Origin: a virus
Length of the DNA: 64,000 nt
Virus record (IMG/VR): IMGVR_UViG_3300050343_000199
Coordinates: 96,001-160,000 of that record
Reading direction: 5' to 3' (one strand)
Below are positions 45,328-54,350 of the stretch, one piece after another. A program made the translations under genes and the position numbers. The notes under the pieces are model-generated. The model was not told the DNA's origin and did no database searches. It saw only the letters and a list, made by a program, of their open reading frames with translations. Each line of letters starts with the position of its first letter. Position 1 is the first letter of the stretch.

Positions 45328-47721
45328 TTATTGTTTATAAAGTCCATTAACTCTTGGGTAAATTTGTCTATTGTAATTAAGATTATTATCTTCCCTATCT
45401 GTAGTGCGTCTACCATTCAAAGTAGATTGTTTAAACCCAGAAATATATCCAGTAGTTGGTCTTGGATTGCTACAAAATACTTCTCGGTTAGGACTACCTT
45501 TTGAACAAGTGTAATCATCATATCCACCTTGCTGTCCTATATTACTTACAGCATTTATAACAATACTTCCTTCCATATTACTGTGACTACCACACTGATA
45601 CTTAACTGTCTGTCCAGAGTATGTACTTCCCGGTGTCCAAATAACTTGAGTGGCATTGTTAGCAAATCCTTGACCAGTTACACCAGGAATGTTATTACCA
45701 CTTGAATCTCTAATGTAAAGAGGGTGAGTCCAAGATGCTCCTGCAGTTAAATTAATAGTTCCTTGCATACCAGGGTGAGCACCACACTGATACTTGTATG
45801 TTCCAGAGGAATATCCACTTGTGTCCCATAGAATTTGGTTCCCTTGAGAATTAGCTCCCTGACCAGTGACCCCGGTCGTAAGATTATTTCCGCTACTATC
45901 TCTAAGATATATTGGGTGAGTGGTCATGTTTGCAGCTAACTCCATATCAAGTGAGTCACCTACGGTGAGGTTTATGGTAGGGTTCCAACTCTGAGATCCA
46001 TTAGTATCAGTCATTTGATAACCATTACTAGTTTGACCAGCATCTACCTGATAGTAAACATACCCGCCAGCGGAGGGAAGAGTGATAGTCAAAGTATCGT
46101 TAGGATCAATAGTTATAGTCGGATCAAGTCCATTAATATTACCATTACTATCTGTTCCGGTTAGGTAGTAATCTTGAGATGTAGTTTGAGCTCTATCAAT
46201 AGAGATGTTGTAGCTGTTACCAGTAGCACCAAGAATATCAAAGTCCATCAAGTCATCACGAGAAAAATTTCTAATGAATTGAATTGCATCATCATTAGTA
46301 AATCTTTCTCTACCCGTAGCAGCACAGGCAAGGATACCACATACCTGAGGCGATGCCATACTAGTACCACTAATCGTTAGCATGTTATCAATACCAGCAG
46401 GATATCCTGGTCTTGTAATAGGTCCCTTATTCTTTCCCTTGGCTCCATCACCACCAATAGAAAGAATATTTGAACCAGGAGCAAAGACATCAATCCTTTC
46501 TCCAAAGTTTGTAAACGATGACCGGCGATGATCGCTAGTAGTATTAATTGAACCTACACAAATGAAACCCTTTGCATGGCAAGGGGAGCTCCCTCTATGC
46601 ATATTACGGATATACCCACTTATCTTAATTTTATTATTATAATCTTGATGACCTTCACGGACAGAATATGTATTTGCATTACCGGCAGCACCAACCATAA
46701 CAACACCTTCTTCCATAGCATCAATAGCATCTAGATCTAGAGCTTCATATCTAGAAGGATATCCATTTGGATTATATCTAGCACCAAAGTCAGCTTGGAT
46801 TCCATCATTAGTCCACCCTGAAGGACCGGGATTATTAGCATCATATGTCGTTCCTCGGTAAGTAATATACTCTACATCACCAGAATTCCAATCACCAGTA
46901 TAAGCATATCCCCAACTATTATTACATATAGTAGGGTTTCTTCTACCCGTTACAGGATTGATCGGTTTAGTTCTATGAAACTCTCTTACATAATCAAAAA
47001 TTCTCAGAGCTCCATGTGATCCTCCAAAGGTAAGCGCATAAATGTTTGCTTCTTTTGCCCACCCATAATACTTTCCAGCAACAGTACCTGCAACATGACA
47101 CCCATGATCATCGGCATTACTAATAGGAGGGTGTGAATAATTACCACCATAACCTAGATTAGAATGTTCTACATACCAATCGTACTGAACAAATCTACTT
47201 TGTCCTGGAGTAACCGCTTCGCTTTCCCATTCATCAGAATCAAATCCAACTTCACCATCAACAATAACTACATCAACATGACGACCATCATTAAAAATAT
47301 TTACATCTTTACCTACTGTTCTTTGATTGGTTCCCCAAACACCTTTCATTCTCTCAGCAATAGTTCCAGCTGAATGAAGATGTCCCCACTGACGATCATT
47401 TTGTTGAGCAACATTAGTAGTACTATACTTTGTAAAGTCACCAACGATATCATATGGACTTTGATTAGTATATCCACAAAGTGTTGGTTCTAAACCAAGT
47501 TCTTCCGGGGATAATTCACAAGCAATAACTCTCTCATCTTGAGAAACTAATACAGATTCTTCTTCTGTTAATTTGTAGTGTGTATTCCTACTAACTGATC
47601 TACGATCTAAAAGTTCTACTGCTCTATCTGGAATGTATAGCGCACCACCTTCTGTCTCCATGTCATTATAGAGACTCTGTAGATCTTCATACGATCTACA
47701 TGAGACAATATATTCTTTCAT
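45328..47721 (-). CDS. S8 (subtilisin-like) serine protease with C-terminal cupredoxin-like repeats
   Basis: VDVVIVDG (Asp), DHGCHVAGTVAG (His), SGTSMASPQV (Ser); two Y.C..H..M repeats. Confidence 0.9.
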   Translation of the reverse strand: MKEYIVSCRSYEDLQSLYNDMETEGGALYIPDRAVELLDRRSVSRNTHYKLTEEESVLVSQDERVIACELSPEELGLEPTLCGYTNQSPYDIVGDFTKYSTTNVAQQNDRQWGHLHSAGTIAERMKGVWGTNQRTVGKDVNIFNDGRHVDVVIVDGEVGFDSDEWESEAVTPGQSRFVQYDWYVEHSNLGYGGNYSHPPISNADDHGCHVAGTVAGKYYGWAKEANIYALTFGGSHGALRIFDYVREFHRTKPINPVTGRRNPTICNNSWGYAYTGDWNSGDVEYITYRGTTYDANNPGPSGWTNDGIQADFGARYNPNGYPSRYEALDLDAIDAMEEGVVMVGAAGNANTYSVREGHQDYNNKIKISGYIRNMHRGSSPCHAKGFICVGSINTTSDHRRSSFTNFGERIDVFAPGSNILSIGGDGAKGKNKGPITRPGYPAGIDNMLTISGTSMASPQVCGILACAATGRERFTNDDAIQFIRNFSRDDLMDFDILGATGNSYNISIDRAQTTSQDYYLTGTDSNGNINGLDPTITIDPNDTLTITLPSAGGYVYYQVDAGQTSNGYQMTDTNGSQSWNPTINLTVGDSLDMELAANMTTHPIYLRDSSGNNLTTGVTGQGANSQGNQILWDTSGYSSGTYKYQCGAHPGMQGTINLTAGASWTHPLYIRDSSGNNIPGVTGQGFANNATQVIWTPGSTYSGQTVKYQCGSHSNMEGSIVINAVSNIGQQGGYDDYTCSKGSPNREVFCSNPRPTTGYISGFKQSTLNGRRTTDREDNNLNYNRQIYPRVNGLYKQ

Positions 47722-47722
47722 A

Positions 47723-48742
47723 TCAGACCTCTAGTTGTACAAAGTGTAGAGTTACTGTAATATTTTGAGTGCCACCACTTTTATTTACAACCTTAACATA
47801 AGCAGTTGTTGATGGTGTTCCATCATCATTCCAACCAATAGTACCTGGAGTAATAGGTTGCGTACCACCATCGGTCGTAATAATCTCAGCAATTACACCA
47901 GATCCTGGTTGAGGATCCGTAACTTCATTTCTGGATATATCATTACTTCTAGCAGTAGATGATGTATAAAGTGTTACCCATGCAGCATGTGATGTTTGAA
48001 TCTTAAGTAATGCGTATGTTTTTGCTGCAGTAATATCAAGATAGTAACTCTGTCCATCAGCAGCAGCATTATAAGTTGCTTGAGCAGTTGTTCTACTAGT
48101 AAGACCTGATCCACCACCACCAGATGGTGCTGCTGGTTCCCATTTAGATCCATCCCAAGTTAATACATCATTAGCACTAGGTGCTGTAGTTGTAGTGTCT
48201 ACATCAGATAATGCATCAATTGAAATACCATTCAAATCTGATGCAGTGACTGCAGTTAAATATCCGGATAAATCCGGAGGAGTGTATGAAAACACTCCAC
48301 TACTATTATTATAAGAAAGAGATGCAGCACCAACAGAATTTGATGTGACAGAGAGATCTGACAATGCGATACCGCCACCTCCACCGCCGCCACCTGACTG
48401 GTCAACTGGTGCAAATGCCTGTAGTGATTGGTCCCATGCGAGAACTTTACCTCCACCACTACTACCATTAAGAGTGACACTATTAAAAGTAACGTCAATA
48501 AGTTCGGAAATACTCTCGTTATTGAGATTCATTACTGCACTAAGAACTCCAGTGCCATTAATGCTTAAATTATTTCCAATTTTAATTCCGCCAAGTGAAT
48601 TGACAGATGCAATACCTAATGTATATACGCCAGTAACACCCTGACATTTCCAGGTTGATCCAGTATTATCCCACTGCCACTGAATACCTTCAGCGGTATG
48701 GATATCACCATTGTTTGGTGATGTTGGAAAATTAATTGCCAT
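47723..48742 (-). CDS. Tail-fibre-like structural protein
   Basis: MAINFP.SP, LSDVD..AP..N.VL.WDG..W modules; CTAAATA at 48765-48771. Confidence 0.7.
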   Translation of the reverse strand: MAINFPTSPNNGDIHTAEGIQWQWDNTGSTWKCQGVTGVYTLGIASVNSLGGIKIGNNLSINGTGVLSAVMNLNNESISELIDVTFNSVTLNGSSGGGKVLAWDQSLQAFAPVDQSGGGGGGGGIALSDLSVTSNSVGAASLSYNNSSGVFSYTPPDLSGYLTAVTASDLNGISIDALSDVDTTTTAPSANDVLTWDGSKWEPAAPSGGGGSGLTSRTTAQATYNAAADGQSYYLDITAAKTYALLKIQTSHAAWVTLYTSSTARSNDISRNEVTDPQPGSGVIAEIITTDGGTQPITPGTIGWNDDGTPSTTAYVKVVNKSGGTQNITVTLHFVQLEV

Positions 48743-48772
48743 GCTTAGAGTACTCCTTCCTTCTTATTTAGA

Positions 48773-50809
48773 TCAAACAATTTCAACAACTGCTTTCCAA
48801 CCAGACAGGTAAACCATCTTGACATTGAAAACCTGAAGGGTATTTCCTGCAGTAGTTCCAACAACACGAAGTTGAGTTGTTGAGATAGAACTGCCTGCAA
48901 AATCTTTAATTAAAATAGAACTAACAGTGCCTGCGGTAGTTCCTTGATCAACATAAACAGTAAACTCAATAGTATATCCATCTTCAAATTTAGATTCTGC
49001 AACTTGAATTTGGAAGTTTCCATTTGGTGTTTTTAAAACATAAGCAGGAGATCTAAGATCAACTGTAATCGTATCTGAACTATCAGTTATAGGTGATTGA
49101 GTAAATCCTGATTGTCCAAGTTCAACAGATTCTTCATAGTCAGACTCTTCAAAGTTTGAATCACCTGGTGATGGGAATAATTCTCCTGCAGTAGTTACTA
49201 CGTTAGTATCAATTCCAACAGCTATAGCATATTGATACCATTGAGACAGAGTAACTAGCGAAAGATCTGCTTTGTCTGGTTCATATACATTAGCATTAAA
49301 CCAGTTAAGTGCGTGAGCAGGTGCCTGAGTATTGGTTGAAATTAATCCAGCACTAATCAACTGAGATACAATTAAACTGGGTACAAATCCATCTCTCTTC
49401 TTACGTTTTCTAATCTGAGTTTTTCCACTTGATGTAGTAACTTTACTCTCATCACCTAACCACATTGAGTTATCAGACAAGAACAAGTGACGAATTTTAT
49501 ACTCAGCAGATCCTAAATCATATGCAGCATTAGAAGATGGTAAGATATGACCATTGATTTCAATGCCAGCAGCAGTTTTAATAATACTTCCAGTATTAGG
49601 ATTGATTATAATACTATCAGGACTGTTACCAAATGGTCCAGTATTATGTGCTCCAATTGCAATACTAGATGATTGATTAGAAATATTAGTAGGTGCTAAT
49701 GGTGGAGATGCATCAATCCACTGGTTGCTACTACCGTCAGCATAATAGACTTTAAGTCTACCTTCATTTGATTTCCACCAAAGATCTCCATCAACTGGAG
49801 ACGTTGGTGCATCATCAGATGTAGTAACAGTAGCACCACCACCGCTTCCACCACCTACAGAATTAATTCTAAATCCAGACGATGTTACCTGATCAATAGT
49901 AATTCCAGTACCTGCGTTTACATTGATATCATCAATCGTACCGTTACTTGAAGTCAGTCTTAACGCAGCACCAGTTGCAATTGAAGCAGCAGACTGAGAA
50001 TATGTTGTGTCAACATCAACAGGGATATCAGTTAGTTTTGCCAACTCAACCCAGTTTCCACTATGGGCAAAGTATGCACCACCAGTAGAATGAACATGTG
50101 CGAACATGCCATGATAAGTACTTGGACTAGGAAGATCAGCAGTAGTATCAAAATGAAATCTAATTCTATTACTTTGACTACTGATATCAATGATTCCTTG
50201 ACCATTAATATTATGTCCTTGGATGTCTAGATTGCCACCTAGTTGAGGTGTAGTATCTTCTTTGAGTTCAGTGATGCCAGCAGAACCTGAAGATGCTATC
50301 CATCTTGCCTGCGCTGCATCCCACTTAATATATGTACCATCAAGAATTGGACTAGGAAGATTAACGTCAGATAGATCCGTAACCGTAGATGGAATCTGAG
50401 GTTTACCAATAAGATCACTATACAAACCAGAAAACAAAGCTGGTTTGTTTAAAATAACACCAAGACCAGAAGTCTCATTCCAATCAGATTGAACTTGATT
50501 AGGAGGAATAATAGGTTTATTAATTAAATCACCGTAGTCTCCGCTTTGTCCTACTGCAGAGATTGTAGGTTTATTAAGAATTTGTGTAACACCAGATGAT
50601 GATGACCAGTCTGCATTAACTTGAGCAGCAGGGATAGAAACATCATCCCAACTAACACCATTACCGGTTGATCTAAGAAACTGACCGACATTACCTGAAG
50701 CACCATTTACTTCTAAGGGTTTGCCAGTAGGAAAATTCAAACCTTCCTTTGCTTCAACAGGACCATTATCATTGTAGTTAGCAATTTGATTTGCTAGTAA
50801 TTTAGACAT
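48773..50809 (-). CDS. Tail-fibre-like structural protein
   Basis: QVNADW, D..PQLGGNLD, P.DGDLWW, HILP....YDLGS....RHLFL modules; TATAAATA at 50848-50855. Confidence 0.75.
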   Translation of the reverse strand: MSKLLANQIANYNDNGPVEAKEGLNFPTGKPLEVNGASGNVGQFLRSTGNGVSWDDVSIPAAQVNADWSSSSGVTQILNKPTISAVGQSGDYGDLINKPIIPPNQVQSDWNETSGLGVILNKPALFSGLYSDLIGKPQIPSTVTDLSDVNLPSPILDGTYIKWDAAQARWIASSGSAGITELKEDTTPQLGGNLDIQGHNINGQGIIDISSQSNRIRFHFDTTADLPSPSTYHGMFAHVHSTGGAYFAHSGNWVELAKLTDIPVDVDTTYSQSAASIATGAALRLTSSNGTIDDINVNAGTGITIDQVTSSGFRINSVGGGSGGGATVTTSDDAPTSPVDGDLWWKSNEGRLKVYYADGSSNQWIDASPPLAPTNISNQSSSIAIGAHNTGPFGNSPDSIIINPNTGSIIKTAAGIEINGHILPSSNAAYDLGSAEYKIRHLFLSDNSMWLGDESKVTTSSGKTQIRKRKKRDGFVPSLIVSQLISAGLISTNTQAPAHALNWFNANVYEPDKADLSLVTLSQWYQYAIAVGIDTNVVTTAGELFPSPGDSNFEESDYEESVELGQSGFTQSPITDSSDTITVDLRSPAYVLKTPNGNFQIQVAESKFEDGYTIEFTVYVDQGTTAGTVSSILIKDFAGSSISTTQLRVVGTTAGNTLQVFNVKMVYLSGWKAVVEIV

Positions 50810-50858
50810 ACTTCTAGTCTCTCAGAATGCTGCTATTATCTATCAAATATTTATAAAG

Positions 50859-50930
50859 AGCGGGAGATCGGATTTGAACCGACGACATCTAACTTGGAAG
50901 GATAGCGTTCTACCACTGAACTACACCCGC
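50859..50930 (-). tRNA. trnG: tRNA-Gly (TCC)
   Basis: GCGGGTG acceptor 5' strand; anticodon loop CTTCCAA; U discriminator. Confidence 0.93.
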
Positions 50931-50955
50931 AAAAAAGGAGGGAGGTCAATCCCTC
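50931..50955 (-). terminator. Terminator between the ncRNA and tRNA-Gly
   Basis: GAGGGA-TTGAC-CTCCCTC followed by C and T-tract. Confidence 0.7.
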
Positions 50956-50959
50956 ACTA

Positions 50960-51180
50960 GACTCATGCACGCCACTTGTTTTATTATTTCAGATGCTAAA
51001 CAAGAAAACAACCACACGGAAGGGGATTTACCACCAATATATTTTTACTGGAACATATAAACCAGGCGGCAAAATCTTCACCCGCACCAGGGCAAGTTTA
51101 GAGTCCATCCGAGACTGGACCAGAAGACGAATCTACCCAGCTCCACCAGGGCGAGTTTTATGAGTCATCCCGAGACTCTT
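50960..51180 (-). ncRNA. manA-like structured RNA with duplicated 5' module
   Basis: GTCTCGG..GAC..AAAC..GCCCTGGTG modules, CCCCTTCCGTGTGG, and terminal GTGGCGTGCATG; next to a tRNA; family assigned from recall. Confidence 0.55.
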
Positions 51181-51541
51181 TGTAATCACCAAAAGAAATT
51201 ACATCTTGCCCGAAAGAACTAGGATAATCTACAGGACCAGCAGCATGAGGAGCATCGGCAGCAGAAGAAAACGAAATGTTATCTAGGGCATCCATGTCAC
51301 CACCAGGACGAATGAGATAATCTGACGAAAGATTGAAGTTATATTCAAGTCTATCTTCTTCCCACTGCGATGTATTGTCAGTAAAACTAATAGTATTATT
51401 AATTTTATTTTTTAGATTACGAACCGTATTAAGAAGATCAAATAGTTCAGACAGATATGAATCATCACCCTCAGCAAGAGCATTGATTAGTGCCTGACGA
51501 ACAGATTCTTCTGCAGTTTCAAGATGTGATTGCATTGACAT
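51158..51541 (-). CDS. Hypothetical protein
   Basis: ORF track; last codons (SRDDS*) form the first RNA module. Confidence 0.7.
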   Translation of the reverse strand: MSMQSHLETAEESVRQALINALAEGDDSYLSELFDLLNTVRNLKNKINNTISFTDNTSQWEEDRLEYNFNLSSDYLIRPGGDMDALDNISFSSAADAPHAAGPVDYPSSFGQDVISFGDYKESRDDS

Positions 51542-51794
51542 AAGGATTTCTCACAGAATTAAATTTACGATATGCACATACATCTGGATCAGGGTCTAAC
51601 CATTTGGTGTACTCTGGATCTTCAAGGCATGTGTCAAGTTGCATTTGGTTATCAAGATAGTACATGTCTTGATAACGTTTAGTCCATTCATTTATTTTTT
51701 GAATGCGATAGTCAGGTCTACCGTTGATCTCCAAAAGACCGCACTGGACGTAGCGGTAAGGAGACCGCTCAAGAATGACTGTCGGTTTGTTCAT
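51519..51794 (-). CDS. Conserved cyanophage hypothetical protein
   Basis: PYRYVQCG..EINGRPDYRIQK. Confidence 0.8.
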   Translation of the reverse strand: MNKPTVILERSPYRYVQCGLLEINGRPDYRIQKINEWTKRYQDMYYLDNQMQLDTCLEDPEYTKWLDPDPDVCAYRKFNSVRNPYVNAITS

Positions 51795-51997
51795 GAAGCA
51801 TCATTGTGTTCGTTATAACTATTGTACCACTCATCATCATCCATTTGCGCTGCTGCTTGGTCCAGTTCTTCAGCTGGCATAGCAATGACTGCTGTGCCAT
51901 CAGATTTACGAACTATAAACTGTTCTTTTTTAGATTCAATACGATCCATGTAAGAATCAAAGTTTTTTTCAAACTCTTCTAGTGTTACTTCAATCAT
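51791..51997 (-). CDS. Phd/YefM-antitoxin-like small protein
   Basis: VTLEEF..NF..Y.D.I....E.FIV....G.AV..MP pattern. Confidence 0.5.
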   Translation of the reverse strand: MIEVTLEEFEKNFDSYMDRIESKKEQFIVRKSDGTAVIAMPAEELDQAAAQMDDDEWYNSYNEHNDAS

Positions 51998-52236
51998 ACT
52001 ACACAACAAATAGATTGTTCTTGCATATACTTAATTGACTCTTGACATCCACCAAGTTTGATGCCATCAAGGACAATCTGAGGGAACGTAGAGTTGTCTC
52101 CAAACTCCTCATAAAATTCTTCATAAGAAAAATCTCGGTCTAACTCATAGACAACGTACTTTAATTCAGACAAGTCCATTACTTGTTTAATTTTAGCACA
52201 GAACTTACATCCTTTTTTAGAGTAGATAGTAAACAT
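51994..52236 (-). CDS. nrdC: Glutaredoxin (CKFC)
   Basis: TIYSKKGCKFC, TFPQIV.DG..LGGC. Confidence 0.92.
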   Translation of the reverse strand: MFTIYSKKGCKFCAKIKQVMDLSELKYVVYELDRDFSYEEFYEEFGDNSTFPQIVLDGIKLGGCQESIKYMQEQSICCVV

Positions 52237-52895
52237 TATACTACAGATAGGGTTGCCATGGTTTCATCATAATCTTTCTGAAAAAGTTCTAATCCTTTAT
52301 CAGTTAGGACATGATTGTACATCTTATCAAAAATACCTGACGGCATAGTAACAATATGAGCACCATTATAAAATGCACGGGATACTTTATACACATCACG
52401 AAGAGATGCAGCAAGAACCTGAGTACGAACACCCTGTACCTGGTAGATACTAGTAATAGAACGTACCAATTCTAATCCAGAGATAGAATTGTCATCATAT
52501 CTACCAACAAAAGGAGACACATAAGTTGCACCTGCTTTAGCAGCAAGAATTGCCTGAGCAGCACTGAAAATCAATGTAACATTGGTACGAATACCAACAT
52601 CACTAAGAGATTTACAGACCTGAAGACCATCTGGAGTACAAGGAAGTTTAATTGTAGCAACTTCCTTGTACTCCTGATGTAAATTAATTGCTTCACTGTA
52701 CATCTCACCAACAGTACCGACAACCTCCATACTGATATCTACAATACCTAAATCTGCTAGTCCACGGTAAACATCATGTGGATCTTTACCGCTTTTTCTA
52801 ATTAGAGTTGGGTTGGTAGTTACACCATCAATAAGTCCAGTCGCAAAACGACTGGCAATAGAATCTACGTCTGCTGTATCAAGAAAAATTTTCAT
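52236..52895 (-). CDS. talC: Transaldolase (TalC/FSA family)
   Basis: MKIFLDTA, GVTTNPTLI, IKLP, NVTLIFS, YVSPFVGR. Confidence 0.97.
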   Translation of the reverse strand: MKIFLDTADVDSIASRFATGLIDGVTTNPTLIRKSGKDPHDVYRGLADLGIVDISMEVVGTVGEMYSEAINLHQEYKEVATIKLPCTPDGLQVCKSLSDVGIRTNVTLIFSAAQAILAAKAGATYVSPFVGRYDDNSISGLELVRSITSIYQVQGVRTQVLAASLRDVYKVSRAFYNGAHIVTMPSGIFDKMYNHVLTDKGLELFQKDYDETMATLSVV

Positions 52896-52921
52896 TTAAT
52901 TATATTGGTGAGTGTACCAAG

Positions 52922-53006
52922 CGGAAAGGGTGGGATTTGAACCCACGGATGCTCTCACATCGTCAGTTTTCAAGACTGATGCATTCAACCGCTCTGCCAC
53001 CTTTCC
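52922..53006 (-). tRNA. trnS: tRNA-Ser (TGA)
   Basis: GGAAAGG/CCTTTCC stem; TCAGT-CTTGAAA-ACTGA arm; long variable arm. Confidence 0.95.
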
Positions 53007-53199
53007 GAGATTCCAGTTTAACGAACTGTTCTTTAAGATTATAGAACAACTTGTGGTCATTTGTCAAGACATAATATCCGTCAATGTCCTTACCATCACA
53101 CGTAAATCCATAACCGATTACCTGTTCACACACATCGTCAATGGTAAAACATTTATCTGTATGAAGGTAATCGTGATAGCGTTCATCCAGATTAATCAT
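52963..53199 (-). CDS. Hypothetical protein; 3' end overlaps tRNA-Ser
   Basis: ORF track; ATG abuts the upstream stop; contains an internal sigma70 promoter. Confidence 0.55.
   Translation of the reverse strand: MINLDERYHDYLHTDKCFTIDDVCEQVIGYGFTCDGKDIDGYYVLTNDHKLFYNLKEQFVKLESRKGGRAVECISLEN
53038..53067 (-). promoter_or_regulatory. Sigma70 promoter for tRNA-Ser/talC
   Basis: TTGACA-18 nt-TATAAT. Confidence 0.75.
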
Positions 53200-53447
53200 T
53201 ACCGTTCCTCAAAATTAATTTTACGGACACGTCTTTTCTTACGTGCCTCCTGGTATTCTAAATCAGAATTTGTCAGGATACCATTATATTTAACAGAACT
53301 GTTATGATTCGTTAGAACTACTTGACTTAAATCAACAGCACCAACGTGGTCATCCACAACCCTCATTTGGTTAGGACAACCACAGAACTGAACTTTACTT
53401 GTACTCGTCAGTTCAATATTACATAGTTTGCATCTTGCAGATAACAT
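53199..53447 (-). CDS. Zn-ribbon-like hypothetical protein
   Basis: C..C...C.CPN motif. Confidence 0.75.
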   Translation of the reverse strand: MLSARCKLCNIELTSTSKVQFCGCPNQMRVVDDHVGAVDLSQVVLTNHNSSVKYNGILTNSDLEYQEARKKRRVRKINFEER

Positions 53448-53474
53448 TATTCAGCATTTAACCTCTTTAATTAA

Positions 53475-53546
53475 TGGGTGAAGAGGGACTTGAACCCCCG
53501 ACCGCCTCCGTGTAAAGGAGATGCTCTACCACTGAGCTATTCACCC
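53475..53546 (-). tRNA. trnV: tRNA-Val (TAC)
   Basis: GGGTGAA/TTCACCC stem; anticodon loop TTTACAC. Confidence 0.95.
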
Positions 53547-53549
53547 TAA

Positions 53550-53632
53550 TGTCGGTAAGAGGACTTGAACCTCCACGTCATAAAGACACCAGAACCTAAA
53601 CCTGGCGCGTCTACCAATTCCGCCATACCGAC
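53550..53632 (-). tRNA. trnL: tRNA-Leu (TAG)
   Basis: GTCGGTA/TACCGAC stem; CCAGG-TTTAGGT-TCTGG arm. Confidence 0.95.
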
Positions 53633-53635
53633 AAG

Positions 53636-53709
53636 CGACTCAGATAGGATTTGAACCTATGACCGACTGCTTAGAAGGCAGTTGCTCTATCCAGCTGAGC
53701 TACTGAGTC
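53636..53709 (-). tRNA. trnR: tRNA-Arg (TCT)
   Basis: GACTCAG/CTGAGTC stem; ACTGC-CTTCTAA-GCAGT arm. Confidence 0.95.
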
Positions 53710-53724
53710 ATAAAAGTTAGTTGC

Positions 53725-53973
53725 CTAACTTATACCAGACATCCAACCAGTAGGGTTAAGTTGTGTGGTTGTTTTACCATGACCAGTGGCAATATCATAC
53801 ATCACTTGATGTATATTTTTTACTTCTGTATAGTTATCAGCAAGTAAAAGGTTTTCTGCTACTGCTTGATCGTAAGCAAGTTTATATTCCTTCTGATTAA
53901 GAGAAAAAGTAGCCGGTCCAAACCATGGATCGTCTTCAAGATATTTTGGTGCTGGATATGTCATGTTTGCCAA
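53725..53973 (-). CDS. Hypothetical protein
   Basis: ORF track; DDPWFGP motif. Confidence 0.65.
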   Translation of the reverse strand: MANMTYPAPKYLEDDPWFGPATFSLNQKEYKLAYDQAVAENLLLADNYTEVKNIHQVMYDIATGHGKTTTQLNPTGWMSGIS

Positions 53974-54350
53974 TGATAGTGGTAAAAGTTTCCTTTACGA
54001 TCACACATAGGATCTTCTGTAACTACACGATAAGGCAACATACGTTGTCCTTTGAAACTGGTCCTGTCTCCAATAATTGAATACGCTTCCAGAAGATTAT
54101 CTGTGTTTTTTAACCTAGCAACAACACTTGACTTTGCTGCTGGACGGCGATAAAGAAACCCTTCATATTGTCCAGGAGCATAAACTACATCGGCAACATT
54201 GTTAGGAAATACAGGAGAGTTGACCCTGTTAAGGATAGAAACCGCAACGCAGTATTCATCTTTAGTTCCAGTTGCTGCCTCAACTTGCACTGCTCGTGCA
54301 AGGTGGTCATAGTCAGCAGGCGTCAACGCCAGAATCGTTTCCAAAATCAA
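53961..54350 (-). CDS. Cell-wall hydrolase (SleB/Hydrolase_2 family)
   Basis: LARAVQVEA, VAVSILNRV.SP.FPN.V..VVY.PGQY. Confidence 0.85.
   Translation of the reverse strand: MILETILALTPADYDHLARAVQVEAATGTKDEYCVAVSILNRVNSPVFPNNVADVVYAPGQYEGFLYRRPAAKSSVVARLKNTDNLLEAYSIIGDRTSFKGQRMLPYRVVTEDPMCDRKGNFYHYHWQT

Noticed and set aside
52912-53307. 131-aa plus-strand ORF
   Set aside because: Antisense to tRNA-Ser and a minus-strand ORF.
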